DNA of 64,000 nt from contig CAYRUR010000003.1 of NCBI GenBank assembly GCA_964427615.1, positions 44,062-108,061 on the forward strand. The letters run 5' to 3'. The first letter of the stretch is position 1. Each line of letters begins with the position of its first letter. This document shows, one piece after another, positions 49,521 to 59,393 of this stretch. A program made the translations under genes and the position numbers. The notes beneath the pieces were generated by a model. That model did not search any database and was not told the origin of the DNA. It worked only from the letters and a program-made list of their open reading frames with translations. This DNA is from an uncultured Gammaproteobacteria bacterium (GTDB lineage: Bacteria; Patescibacteriota; Microgenomatia; Levybacterales; GWA1-39-11).

Positions 49521-49886
49521 ATGAAACTAAAAACACATAAAACAGAAACAAGTATAGTGCATAGCCTAATAGAGTTTCTTAACTATAACGGGTTTGCAGT
49601 ATGGAGACAAAATACAGGAGGAAGAACAGAAAAAAATAAAGACGGTTCCGAAAGATACATCAAATTTGGCATGACAGGACAAAGCGATATTATCGGTATC
49701 TATAGAAAAACTGGCAGATTCGTAGCTATAGAGGTTAAAAAGCCTGGAAAGATAGATACCGTCACACCAGCACAACAGAGCTTTTTAGATTATGTTTTTT
49801 GGGCTAAGGGTATCGCTTTTGCAACAACTAGTATTGAAAATACTGTACACCAGTTAAGGAATTTTGGAATAGATATAGAAGCCTAA
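49521..49886 (+). CDS. VRR-NUC domain nuclease
   Basis: ...GQSDIIGIYRKTGRFVAIEVKKPGK...TPAQQSFLDYV pattern (PD-(D/E)XK, VRR-NUC). Confidence 0.55.
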   Translation: MKLKTHKTETSIVHSLIEFLNYNGFAVWRQNTGGRTEKNKDGSERYIKFGMTGQSDIIGIYRKTGRFVAIEVKKPGKIDTVTPAQQSFLDYVFWAKGIAFATTSIENTVHQLRNFGIDIEA

Positions 49887-50035
49887 TATGACAGACAAAC
49901 AACTAAAAATCATTGTACGTGAGATAGCTTATCTAAAAGAATTCAAGGATAGAGCTGCAAGAAGTAACTACACAGAAGCATGGCAGTTTGAAGAAGAATT
50001 GCTTCAAGAATTGAAGGAGACAGAAGAAAAATAAT

Positions 50036-50623
50036 ATGAAAATCTTATACATAGACACAGAAACAACAGGACTAGATCCAAAAATTAACGACATCATTCA
50101 ATTATCAGGAATGATTGAAATAAACGGGGAAATTAAAGAGACATTTAACTTTGATGTAAGACCTGTAAATATAGAAGCTATCTCAGAAGAAGCACTTAAA
50201 GTCACAGGTAAAACAAAAGAAGAGATACTAGCCTACCCTGAAGCAAGTGAGATATACCACAAGTTTGTCAGAATGCTTGATAGATATGTCTCCAAATACG
50301 ATAGAACAGACAAGATGTATGTTGCAGGATATAATGTGCGGTTTGATGTTGAGTTCCTAAAGTCTTTCTTTGATAAAGCAAATAATCCTTATTTTGGCTC
50401 ATACATCAACTGGAAGACTGTTGATCCTATGCCCATTATGCACTTCTTAGAGTACATAGGGATGTTGTCACTTGAGAATTATAAGTTAAGTACGGTGTGT
50501 GAATACTTTAAGATTCCACTTCAAGCGCATGACGCTATGAGCGATATTGAGGCTACAAGGGCATTGTTAAAACATTTGGAAGGTGGATTTTTAGTGAGGG
50601 ATTTTGAGGAGGTGCAGGGATGA
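50036..50623 (+). CDS. DEDDh 3'-5' exonuclease (DnaQ/DNA pol III epsilon-like)
   Basis: LYIDTETTGLDP (Exo I), GYNVRFDVEFL (Exo II), HDAMSDIEAT (Exo III). Confidence 0.7.
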   Translation: MKILYIDTETTGLDPKINDIIQLSGMIEINGEIKETFNFDVRPVNIEAISEEALKVTGKTKEEILAYPEASEIYHKFVRMLDRYVSKYDRTDKMYVAGYNVRFDVEFLKSFFDKANNPYFGSYINWKTVDPMPIMHFLEYIGMLSLENYKLSTVCEYFKIPLQAHDAMSDIEATRALLKHLEGGFLVRDFEEVQG

Positions 50624-50937
50624 AAGTAGAAACATTTATTAAAAAATTAAAACTTATAGAGAATTATCATATACAAACTTTTTTTGATAAGGAATATGGC
50701 GGTGCTTGTCCTTGCTTCTCAGGCAGTAAAACAATTGACGGTAAAAAGTTATATGTGTGGGGAAGGTGTTGGAGAGTCTCGGATAGTTTTGGTGCTCAAG
50801 AGCTTCATGTAGGCGGAGAACTTGATAAAAAGACTATTAGAGTTATTGCAAAGATCATTAAAAAAGCTCTTGATGCTCAAAAATGGTACAACACTTATCG
50901 TATTTATTACCATGATTTAGATTTTTTTAGGAAGTGA
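50620..50937 (+). CDS. hypothetical phage protein
   Basis: 105-aa ORF, start overlaps previous stop. Confidence 0.35.
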   Translation: MKVETFIKKLKLIENYHIQTFFDKEYGGACPCFSGSKTIDGKKLYVWGRCWRVSDSFGAQELHVGGELDKKTIRVIAKIIKKALDAQKWYNTYRIYYHDLDFFRK

Positions 50938-51094
50938 TTATGAAAGTATATAAAGACAAAAATATAAATGTTTGGCTAGTTGATTTAGGCATATTTCATG
51001 TTCTGTTTTATAAATGGGGTTTTGGATTAGATAAGCGTGAGTATCTTAAAGAATTTAATGTTATAGGTTATAAGAATATTTTTAGAATTAGAAT

Positions 51095-51769
51095 ATGAAC
51101 GACTTAAAACCATTTAAACATGGACAGGAAGGAACACATTACGCCTGTGTTGAGATGATAAAAAAGTACGGTAGTAAGGTTGGGTGTTGTGGATGCAATA
51201 AACATATGTGTGACGCTTATCCTTGGGAAATAACAACGCTAGAACCACGTCTAGCAGACGAACAAACCAAACAAGAAAAAGGAGGATTCTTAATTGATGA
51301 TCGTCCTGGTGTTATTCCCAAAAAAGCAGCTTTGAAAATGAAGAGGATGTTAGAGAAAAAGGGGTATGAGGTTAGCTTAGTTTCTGAGATAGATATGGAA
51401 GAAAAACAAAACAAAAATAACACAACTGATTGGGAAAAGCTTATGAGCAAACCGTATCACGAATGGAAAAATGACGAGGACATTATTGTTAGAACGATTT
51501 ACTTCATAAATCAACTTTCGCCACATAACCTGTGGAAAGGGTATGAAGCAGTACAAGACCTTCTCAAAAAACGAGATGAACAATACGCTATGGAAATAGC
51601 AACGTATGAATCGAATGAAGAACAACGGATGACTGTATACAAGGCAGGGTTGATAGAAGAAATTGAGGGTATGAAAAAGAAAATGTGTTGTGATGAATGC
51701 GATTCATTTGACGATAAAAATCAAACATTATCACATGTTATTGAGCGCATAAAGAAATATGGAAAATAA
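51095..51769 (+). CDS. hypothetical phage protein with Cys-rich N-terminus
   Basis: CVEMIKKYGSKVGCCGCNKHMCD and C-terminal CCDECD motifs; 224 aa. Confidence 0.4.
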   Translation: MNDLKPFKHGQEGTHYACVEMIKKYGSKVGCCGCNKHMCDAYPWEITTLEPRLADEQTKQEKGGFLIDDRPGVIPKKAALKMKRMLEKKGYEVSLVSEIDMEEKQNKNNTTDWEKLMSKPYHEWKNDEDIIVRTIYFINQLSPHNLWKGYEAVQDLLKKRDEQYAMEIATYESNEEQRMTVYKAGLIEEIEGMKKKMCCDECDSFDDKNQTLSHVIERIKKYGK

Positions 51770-51947
51770 GAAAAAAATAATTATTGTTTACATACCAAAC
51801 GAACAACACGCAGACCATGTAGGTGAACCAGTGATAGAAAGTTTTGTTTCTAAGGAAAAAGCATTTATAAGAAGTGTGGAGTTAAAAGAAAGGTTACAAG
51901 ACCATCAGATATATCAAAGAATTGATTTAACAATAAAAGTTGATTAA
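51759..51947 (+). CDS. hypothetical small phage protein
   Basis: ORF only. Confidence 0.25.
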   Translation: MENKKKIIIVYIPNEQHADHVGEPVIESFVSKEKAFIRSVELKERLQDHQIYQRIDLTIKVD

Positions 51948-52022
51948 TTATGGAAATTATAAGTTATATATTATTTTTAACTCTATGTGCAATCATAGGT
52001 TGGGAGTTAGGAAGAAGATGAT

Positions 52023-52238
52023 ATGAAACAAATAATGTATGCTCTCTACACAACTAAAAACTCTAAAATGCCCAGACATATTTATGCACGAGCAAAAGAT
52101 GCGAAAAGTGAGCTTTTTGCATTACGCAAAGTAGGAATTACATGGGGAATAATTGAAAGGGTAGAAGTAACCAAAAAAAACGAGACTGCTTATGATATTT
52201 GTCACCATGAGTACAGAAAGGAGAAGCATGAAAAATAA
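52023..52238 (+). CDS. hypothetical small phage protein
   Basis: ORF only. Confidence 0.25.
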   Translation: MKQIMYALYTTKNSKMPRHIYARAKDAKSELFALRKVGITWGIIERVEVTKKNETAYDICHHEYRKEKHEK

Positions 52239-52521
52239 ACAAGAAGTAAAACAAGCAGTGAGAGATATTCTTTGGATGGCGAGGAGATACGCTGATGGGA
52301 GAAAAACGTATGCACCTCATTTATTTAACGATGCCTACGACACATTAAGAGATGAATTTGGAGATGAGATTGATCCTTATACAGCTGGAGACAAGGAAAG
52401 TGCTTTAATGCTAGATCCAATGATAGAACATAGCCATATTCATCCTTACGCCTTGTATGGAGATAATTCTGAAATAGATACAAATGTGAGGCTCAAAGAA
52501 AGGAAGTATTATGGAAAGTAA
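52192..52521 (+). CDS. hypothetical phage protein
   Basis: ORF only; alternative start near 52225. Confidence 0.3.
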   Translation: MIFVTMSTERRSMKNKQEVKQAVRDILWMARRYADGRKTYAPHLFNDAYDTLRDEFGDEIDPYTAGDKESALMLDPMIEHSHIHPYALYGDNSEIDTNVRLKERKYYGK

Positions 52522-52783
52522 AAAGAAAGAATTACTAGATCAGTTTGATGAGGTGGCTTATAACGAAGTTGTATATGGTAATCCTACGGGTACTGAAGAG
52601 GGATTCGTAAAATGTAAAAATTTTATTTCTCATGCTTTCGATGTGATTGCTGAGGAGGCATATCGAGAAGTAAATGAGGTCTTATTGCAAGGTGAAGATA
52701 CGGAGGAAACTACAAGAAGATTTATACGAGTGAAAAGCTTTTTAGTAAATAAATTAGATTCTAGTAAGGAGAAAAAAGAATGA
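52511..52783 (+). CDS. hypothetical phage protein
   Basis: ORF only. Confidence 0.3.
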   Translation: MESKKKELLDQFDEVAYNEVVYGNPTGTEEGFVKCKNFISHAFDVIAEEAYREVNEVLLQGEDTEETTRRFIRVKSFLVNKLDSSKEKKE

Positions 52784-53037
52784 AAATCTTAGGTTATATT
52801 TTGTGGACATATTTCTATTTCGGGCTTGCAAGCATGATTGTTAATGGGAGAACGAACTTTGACAAATCTGCTGGCATATTTCTGTTTGGAGCTATGACGA
52901 TTTTAACGACTGTGTCACTTTTAAAACCCAATACAGAATCGGGAGTAAGAGAATGTAATTGTGATTGTCACATGATGATAGGAAACCCAAATCAACCAGA
53001 GCATTGTAGTATTTGTGAGGAGGAGAAAAAAGGATGA
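52780..53037 (+). CDS. hypothetical small membrane protein with C-terminal Cys cluster (CNCDCH...CSICEEE)
   Basis: ORF, one TM. Confidence 0.3.
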   Translation: MKILGYILWTYFYFGLASMIVNGRTNFDKSAGIFLFGAMTILTTVSLLKPNTESGVRECNCDCHMMIGNPNQPEHCSICEEEKKG

Positions 53038-53144
53038 CCTGTAAAAACTGTAAAAAATTAGCACGAATAGTTAATAGGGATAGTTTGTGTAGCCGTTGCT
53101 TTGTATTGCAGGGGTTTGATGATTGTAGAAAAGAAAGGAGGTGA
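53034..53144 (+). CDS. possible 36-aa zinc-ribbon peptide (MTCKNCKK...CSRCFVL), not in supplied ORF track
   Basis: ATGA overlap with upstream stop, two CxxC pairs, RBS-like aggagg just downstream belongs to the next gene. Confidence 0.25.
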   Translation: MTCKNCKKLARIVNRDSLCSRCFVLQGFDDCRKERR

Positions 53145-53464
53145 GTAAGATGAAAATACAAATTGATACAGACCATAAGACAATAAAAATTGAGAATGAT
53201 GTTTCTATCGAAAAACTGCTCAATACATTAAAAAAACTTTTTCCTAACAATGAGTGGAAAGAATTTACATTACAGACTAATACAGTTATCGAGCGTTTCC
53301 ATAGTCCTATCGTAGTTGAGAAGTGGAGAGAACCATATTATCCCTGGTGGAGTACTCGTTACTATTCACAAAATATGGATCATTCGCTTTCATCTAAGCT
53401 TATGGCTAAATCTGATGATAACCGTTTCTCTTTAAAGTCTGGAGTTTTTAATGTAGAGGCGTAG
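53141..53464 (+). CDS. hypothetical phage protein
   Basis: 107-aa ORF preceded by aaggaggtga RBS. Confidence 0.35.
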   Translation: MSKMKIQIDTDHKTIKIENDVSIEKLLNTLKKLFPNNEWKEFTLQTNTVIERFHSPIVVEKWREPYYPWWSTRYYSQNMDHSLSSKLMAKSDDNRFSLKSGVFNVEA

Positions 53465-54353
53465 TCTTTTGCTGGTAGGGACATTCATGCCCTTACCAAG
53501 AGAAGATTAAGATAGTTGCTCTTTGATATCTTTTTGCGAGAGTGGCGCACCAAAGATGGTGAATAAGCAGGTTGGGTGAAAACCCTTCATCAGTTTATAG
53601 ACTGAGAAACCTGACGAATGAATAGGTAGACGCTAGGACTTTGGCTGGTAACTGGAGTCTGAATTATACATAAGTGGAAGTCCTTTGGGAAATGACCGAG
53701 TATACCACGGCTAGAACCATAAAAAGGTGTAAGGTGACGGACGGCTATCCAGCTTCTGCTGGTGTGTACCGCAAATCCTTGCCTCTCGCAACAAGCTATT
53801 AAGGAAAGTTCTTTGATAATTTACTGCTGAGGAGATATCTATGGGCAGACAATTAGGGATGGACGAGTTCCACTATCGGTCAATAGTGGATTGCTTAGAC
53901 TCCATAACTACTCTTCTACGGAAAGGACCAATCCGTATCATCAAATTTCTAAAACTTGTGTCACGGAAAAATAACAGATTCTCCTCAGCAATAAGTTATT
54001 AAGGATGTTTTTAGGAAGAAATAGTTATGAAAGAATACATGTTTTTATTACATAGACAATCAAACTGCCGAATACTTAAGATTACAGAGTTTCGGTAAAT
54101 AGGTTTGATTGGACTGAAGTTGAGCTTTGGTGTTGGAGAATTGTCATAAATTTATCTGGTTCACAACACAAGATCCTGCCGCATCGAAGCTCAACTCGCT
54201 TACTTTTGTTATAATGCAAAATATGGAAGAAATTAAACAAAAACTCGAAGCATGGGTTGGGGAAATGATAAAGGATACGTTACTGAGTACAAGGTGTGGA
54301 GAGGAAAGTATTACTTAGTTAAAGAATATGACTTTTAGTAGATAAGAGATTAT
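53465..54353 (+). ncRNA. candidate large structured non-coding RNA (or ORF-less self-splicing intron): ORF-free, GC-elevated, many nested perfect helices including a GGGU-GAAA-ACCC tetraloop hairpin
   Basis: Helices read directly: 53473-53499; 53574-53585 (GAAA loop); 53745-53758; 11-bp long-range TGCTGAGGAGA/TCTCCTCAGCA 53824-53834 with 53980-53990; 7-bp CCACTAT/ATAGTGG 53870-53889; 9-bp CAATCAAAC/GTTTGATTG 54058-54111 enclosing 5-bp CCGAA/TTCGG; 10-bp AGTTGAGCTT/AAGCTCAACT 54117-54196 enclosing GTGTTG/CAACAC. Strand uncertain. Confidence 0.45.
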
Positions 54354-54743
54354 ATGCAAACAACAACTTTAGAAACATCAAAATTATTGAAAGAGGCGGG
54401 GTTTCCGCAGGAAACAGAGCATTGTTATGTAGAAAGAACTTATGAACCTGGTCTTGTGGGGAATAATCCAGATATTGAGCTTATACGTTCAGAAACCATA
54501 AATAAACATTACTATCATAAGGTGTCTGATGAAATGATTGCTTACTCACCTACCGCAGATGAAATACTAGATGAGTTGCCACATTCTATTGAGTTAGAGG
54601 GTGAAGTCTACAATCTAAGGATAAGTAAATTCATAGATGGATACGGTTTATCTTATAGTTGGCGTGACGATTGCTACAATGAATCCCTAGCCGAAGCAGC
54701 AGCAAAGATGTATTTTTACTTGAGAAAGGAAGGGATTATATGA
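54354..54743 (+). CDS. hypothetical phage protein
   Basis: 129-aa ORF. Confidence 0.35.
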   Translation: MQTTTLETSKLLKEAGFPQETEHCYVERTYEPGLVGNNPDIELIRSETINKHYYHKVSDEMIAYSPTADEILDELPHSIELEGEVYNLRISKFIDGYGLSYSWRDDCYNESLAEAAAKMYFYLRKEGII

Positions 54744-54994
54744 AAGAAGAAAATACTAAAAAATGTAGTTTTGAGCCATTTGATACGTATAAAGGAAAAA
54801 CATTATTTTTTACACTAGGAATACAACCGTCCTATTTTAGACCATTACTTGCAAGATGTAAAAAGTGTAAAACTAATCATGTTTTTAGTTATAAAGAGGC
54901 GTGTGAGAGGGATCAAGAACCAGCTATTGACACGAATTATGTAGGTGTACTTACCCATCCTGATAGTGGTGGGTTTCCAGCATACAATGAGTAA
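54740..54994 (+). CDS. hypothetical phage protein
   Basis: 84-aa ORF, overlapping start. Confidence 0.3.
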   Translation: MKEENTKKCSFEPFDTYKGKTLFFTLGIQPSYFRPLLARCKKCKTNHVFSYKEACERDQEPAIDTNYVGVLTHPDSGGFPAYNE

Positions 54995-55076
54995 TATGAA
55001 AAAAGAAAAAAATCAATATAAATAGATTAAAAAATAATTTTTACACACTTTGAGAAAGTATAAAAAACATTAAACA

Positions 55077-55373
55077 ATGAAGCAACACATAACTATACAA
55101 CAATTTAACGAAACATCAGAAAAAGGTAAAAGAGTAATAAGAAAATGGTGGTACTCTAAAGGGTATCAATATAATGACTTTGATGCTGACGGAAATGAGA
55201 TAGAAGATCCTCTTATGTCAATTGGTCAAATGATCGAATTTTTAGGTGAGGACTGGGTGGATTACGTTTTTGTAGCAATGAAAGATGGAAGTATATTGTT
55301 TAATTTCCAAGGTGAGTTATGTGATGCACTTTATGAGGTTGTGAAGAAGGTAGCAGAAAGCGATATTAAATGA
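55077..55373 (+). CDS. hypothetical phage protein
   Basis: 98-aa ORF. Confidence 0.35.
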   Translation: MKQHITIQQFNETSEKGKRVIRKWWYSKGYQYNDFDADGNEIEDPLMSIGQMIEFLGEDWVDYVFVAMKDGSILFNFQGELCDALYEVVKKVAESDIK

Positions 55374-55444
55374 TTTATAACAGTAGTGAAGAGATGATAT
55401 AATAAAGATAGATAAAACGTTGTGGGAACTATTAGCAACGTTTT

Positions 55445-56161
55445 ATGCAATTTAACCCAACCGACAAAAGCAAGAGTATAATAGCCGATATAGATTTTCT
55501 CCTCTTCGGCTCTGGTGAAACCTTTAACAATGACTATTCCCTTCCTGACAGAACGAGAAATGTTAATATCTCTTGGGATGAGGCAGTCGCAGAACTCTAC
55601 AAAGCCGACCCAAACTATAAGTGGGATGATACTACAAACGCTGATTTTCCCATTGCCACCATTGACTTAGAAGCAGGACAAGACCACTATACACTCCTTG
55701 ATACAGCTCTTGTAATTCATAGAGTACGTGTTAAAGACAGAAATGGCGAGTATAAAACGCTTACTCCTGCTCTGCGAAGCGAATTAACAGACAGCGAACT
55801 AAATGCAACAGGTACACCTGATAAATATTACAAAATGGGTGGTGCTGTATTTCCTGTGCCTGTACCTGATTATGGTGCAGCAGAGGGTGTAGAACTTGAA
55901 TTCCAGAGAGGAGCAAATCATTTCTCCACTACAGACACCGATAAATCTCCTGGCTTTAACCCACAATTTCACCAATTTCTATCAATTGGCGCAGCTTTGC
56001 GTTATGCGTTAGCTAATGGGATGGGTAAAAAAGTATCTCAATTAAGTGCTTATAAAGAGGCAATTAGAGCCTCTATTAAAGAACACTACGAACGTAGAAG
56101 CCCTGATGAAAAGCCAAGATTAAAGTTAAGAAGAGAGAATCCAAGGAGGTTTGGGCTATAA
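55445..56161 (+). CDS. hypothetical phage structural-module protein
   Basis: 238-aa ORF at the head of a run of tightly packed large ORFs. Confidence 0.4.
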   Translation: MQFNPTDKSKSIIADIDFLLFGSGETFNNDYSLPDRTRNVNISWDEAVAELYKADPNYKWDDTTNADFPIATIDLEAGQDHYTLLDTALVIHRVRVKDRNGEYKTLTPALRSELTDSELNATGTPDKYYKMGGAVFPVPVPDYGAAEGVELEFQRGANHFSTTDTDKSPGFNPQFHQFLSIGAALRYALANGMGKKVSQLSAYKEAIRASIKEHYERRSPDEKPRLKLRRENPRRFGL

Positions 56162-56163
56162 CT

Positions 56164-57951
56164 ATGGCAAAAGAAATACAATCATCATTGTTTAAGCGAA
56201 TTGAGAGTGAGATTAATACATATATCTCTGGTAGAGTTGAATTAAGTCCTGGTGTATTTTTCTCTCAATATAAAACGATTAATAGAATATATAGGTTTAA
56301 GAACCGTGATCTTTCCGGATCTAAGATCAACTCAGACCTTTCTTATAACTACTACTTTGATATTATTTCTCCCCGTGTTGATAGTGAAGTAAAAAACTTA
56401 CGGTTTGATACAAAGCATATTCTTGTGTTCTCCGAAGATCCACGTAAAGACTTTGCTGCAGTGTTTCTTGCCAATGCTTCTCTAAAAAGCTGGATGGCCG
56501 AAAACGGTGAAGACGAGAAATTAAAAGAAGCAGTTGAGGAGTTTTCAGGGAATGGCAATATCGGATTTAAAAAGGTAGCAGGAGGATATGAGATTGTTGA
56601 CGCTCAAAACACCTACATTACCAACCAAATAGCAAAAACTGTTGATGAAACAGATATTATAGAACGTCACGAAATGAGTCCTTCACAAATTAAAAGGATG
56701 ACCGAATGGGATCAGGACATTGCAGATGTGGTGATTAAAGACCTTGGTGACAAGAGCTTTACTTCCTCTAAGGACACAACACCGATTTCAACGACAGGGA
56801 AAAAGTATGAAATCTTTGAATTTACCGGAGAAGTTTCAGAAAAAGAGTTTAATGAAGTTAAGGGTCTTGAAGGTGGAGATCCAAATAAATACTTTCTTGC
56901 AAAAGTTATTGTTGCAGGTCTAAGTCAAGAGGGTAAGGGAGAAAAATATCCGTTGTTCGTTGAAAAACTAAAAGGAAAGATGTCTGATTACTACAAGTAT
57001 GCGCATAGAGGCCGATATGAGGGAAGATTCTGGAGAGTAGGAGTGTATGAGTTACTATTTGACCACCAGATTAGGGCTAATGAAATAGGTAATCAATTAT
57101 CTCGTGGACTTGAATGGGCTTCAAAAGTAATCTTTCGAAGTAGAGACTCTAAAGTATTACAAAATATAAGGGCGGACCTTGACAATGGGGACGTAATAAT
57201 CACAGACGATCTTACCCAAGTTAATGTTAGGCTGCAGGGGCTTGACCAATTAATTGCTGATTGGAATAGGCTCATGAACGATGCTGATAGACTTGCTAAC
57301 TCAATGGAGGTTACACGAGGTGAATCTTTACCTTCCGGTACTCCGTTTCGTATGGGGATTCTTTTAGACCAGAACGCAGGAAAGATATTCTCACACATAA
57401 GACAGAAACTCACACTCCCCTATAGGAGTGTCTTTAGAGAGTGGGTTATTCCTGAACTACTTAAAGACATGAAAGCTAAAGAAGTTTTTCAGTTTTTAAA
57501 CGATCAGACAATTATTGAACAGTTACAAGAAATACTGGTGCAGTCTTGGTATATGAATAATCTAGTCGCTATTGGACCACATACTCAAGAAGTGGCTGAG
57601 GCTATTAAGCAACAGAAATTAGAAGAGATAAAAAAGAAAGACATAACTATTAAAAACGTCAAAGAGATATGGGCAAACATTAGACCTAGAGTGTTTGTTA
57701 CTATCACTGGTGAGAATTACGACTTGCAAGATCAACTGCAAGACCTTGTAAGCTTCCTAAACCTTGAACAAGATCCAAGAAGAATTGAGTGGATTCTGGA
57801 TACTATCTACAAAACTAGAGGCATTCCAATCCCTCCAAAACAAGAGCAACAACCAATAGAAAACCAATTAACAGGGAATACACCCACACAAACTAGACCA
57901 GAAAGACAGTCCCCAGAACAAAGAGAGGCAGAACAGCCGATGATCCAATAA
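56164..57951 (+). CDS. large phage protein (595 aa), possibly portal or other virion protein; family not recognised
   Basis: Size and position in late-gene-like block only. Confidence 0.4.
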   Translation: MAKEIQSSLFKRIESEINTYISGRVELSPGVFFSQYKTINRIYRFKNRDLSGSKINSDLSYNYYFDIISPRVDSEVKNLRFDTKHILVFSEDPRKDFAAVFLANASLKSWMAENGEDEKLKEAVEEFSGNGNIGFKKVAGGYEIVDAQNTYITNQIAKTVDETDIIERHEMSPSQIKRMTEWDQDIADVVIKDLGDKSFTSSKDTTPISTTGKKYEIFEFTGEVSEKEFNEVKGLEGGDPNKYFLAKVIVAGLSQEGKGEKYPLFVEKLKGKMSDYYKYAHRGRYEGRFWRVGVYELLFDHQIRANEIGNQLSRGLEWASKVIFRSRDSKVLQNIRADLDNGDVIITDDLTQVNVRLQGLDQLIADWNRLMNDADRLANSMEVTRGESLPSGTPFRMGILLDQNAGKIFSHIRQKLTLPYRSVFREWVIPELLKDMKAKEVFQFLNDQTIIEQLQEILVQSWYMNNLVAIGPHTQEVAEAIKQQKLEEIKKKDITIKNVKEIWANIRPRVFVTITGENYDLQDQLQDLVSFLNLEQDPRRIEWILDTIYKTRGIPIPPKQEQQPIENQLTGNTPTQTRPERQSPEQREAEQPMIQ

Positions 57952-57955
57952 TAAT

Positions 57956-59389
57956 ATGCAAGATGTAGATTTCAAAATTGAGTTAGATCAATTCAATGAG
58001 GGTCTTAGTCCCTTAGCTCATGTTGATGATAAAACATTTATAGGAAACAGGGGACAGGCAAGCGAGATGAAAGCGGATATTATCTCAAAGCCCGGATTTA
58101 TTACTCAAAGCCCTGCACTAGCAGACCTTACCAATGGCAATCAAGCAGGAGTGGTTGACCAGCTTATTAGACACATACTCGATAAACCAACAGCAGTAGA
58201 TACTACCTACGCTGTAGGCACTACAAAATTGTTTAAGCTCTCATCGACAGAGGTTATAAGCGGTGGTACTCCTTCATGGCCTCAAACAATTGCAAATATG
58301 GTAGAGGGCGAGAGTGTTATAAGACTTAAAGCTAACTTATTTACCTTCTATAACAAAGCATCAGGTGGTGATATCGCAGCAATGCCTTTATCTACAGAAG
58401 TTATTGACGCAACATGGGGGAGTGTTACGGATCAAGCACTTGAAAAAGCACCACATCCATCAGCTGCTAAAGAAGATGTTATGGTGTTTGGTAATGGAAG
58501 ATATTTAGGGGTATATGTTGAAGGATTGAATATACTTGATACCCAAAAACTAGACTTTGGTGAGGGAAGTGAGGTAGCAGACGTAGTATTCCACTCAAAT
58601 GTTTGGTGGATAGCCGTTAATTACGGAGAAGGAAAGAGAGGGCAAATATATCTTTACGATGGATCTGCAGCTTCTAACATTTTATCTGATGAAGCAGGTG
58701 TAGGGGACCAGAGAATAGGCTTTCTTTATGTTCTGAATGGTGTAATTTTTGTCTCTTACGAATCTAAAAGCTCTGATGGGTATAGTATAGGCTATCTATC
58801 AGGGAAAATCATTAAACCTCTAAGGTATTTTACTGGCAGTTTACCAGACCATAGGCAAAAGGCTTTATATAAAAATACAATAATCTCTGTATCCGGCCAA
58901 GATATCTACTCGTGTGGTGCTTCTGTCGGACAACTACCTATCCAAATATCAAGATTAGCAGACGGAGGACACGCAAATATAGGAGGTATTGCTGCTCCTT
59001 TTGGTACTCCACTTATTGCCTCAAGCGATGGCGACACCAATCATAGACTTGCTAAGTTTGACGGTTTTTCAACTGACTCTAACTGGAAGAGTATCTTTTT
59101 AGATACTGCTCGTGGCGTAGATTTAGGGAAGATTGTCAAAGTAATCGTCCAAACAAAACCTCTTGCGCTAAATGCACGATGCGATATCACTCTAGAGGGG
59201 GATCAAGGAGCTGAAACATCAAGTGCCCTAGTAGTATCGGGAGAAGGCAAAACATGGCATGTTTTTAAGAGCATCGATCTAAAAGCAGTCCCAAACGTAA
59301 GAGTGGTAATTAATTATGCCAACGGGGACACGATAAATGATTGTCCGGTTAGGAAAATAACGTTACTTGGTAATTTTGTAGAAAGGTAA
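57956..59389 (+). CDS. phage structural-like protein (477 aa), Gly/Ser-rich beta-type composition
   Basis: ORF, composition typical of tail/baseplate proteins; no family recognised. Confidence 0.4.
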   Translation: MQDVDFKIELDQFNEGLSPLAHVDDKTFIGNRGQASEMKADIISKPGFITQSPALADLTNGNQAGVVDQLIRHILDKPTAVDTTYAVGTTKLFKLSSTEVISGGTPSWPQTIANMVEGESVIRLKANLFTFYNKASGGDIAAMPLSTEVIDATWGSVTDQALEKAPHPSAAKEDVMVFGNGRYLGVYVEGLNILDTQKLDFGEGSEVADVVFHSNVWWIAVNYGEGKRGQIYLYDGSAASNILSDEAGVGDQRIGFLYVLNGVIFVSYESKSSDGYSIGYLSGKIIKPLRYFTGSLPDHRQKALYKNTIISVSGQDIYSCGASVGQLPIQISRLADGGHANIGGIAAPFGTPLIASSDGDTNHRLAKFDGFSTDSNWKSIFLDTARGVDLGKIVKVIVQTKPLALNARCDITLEGDQGAETSSALVVSGEGKTWHVFKSIDLKAVPNVRVVINYANGDTINDCPVRKITLLGNFVER

Positions 59390-59393
59390 AAAT

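Noticed and set aside
54127-54318. 63-aa plus-strand ORF inside the candidate structured-RNA region
   Set aside because: Overlaps the 10-bp AGTTGAGCTT/AAGCTCAACT helix and the nested GTGTTG/CAACAC helix; no RBS; more parsimoniously part of the RNA
53465-54353. RNase P RNA or tmRNA identity for the structured region
   Set aside because: No P4 (AGGAAAGUCCGG / ACAGAANCCGGCUUA) or tRNA-like/tag-reading-frame features found; location inside a phage block also argues against housekeeping RNAs
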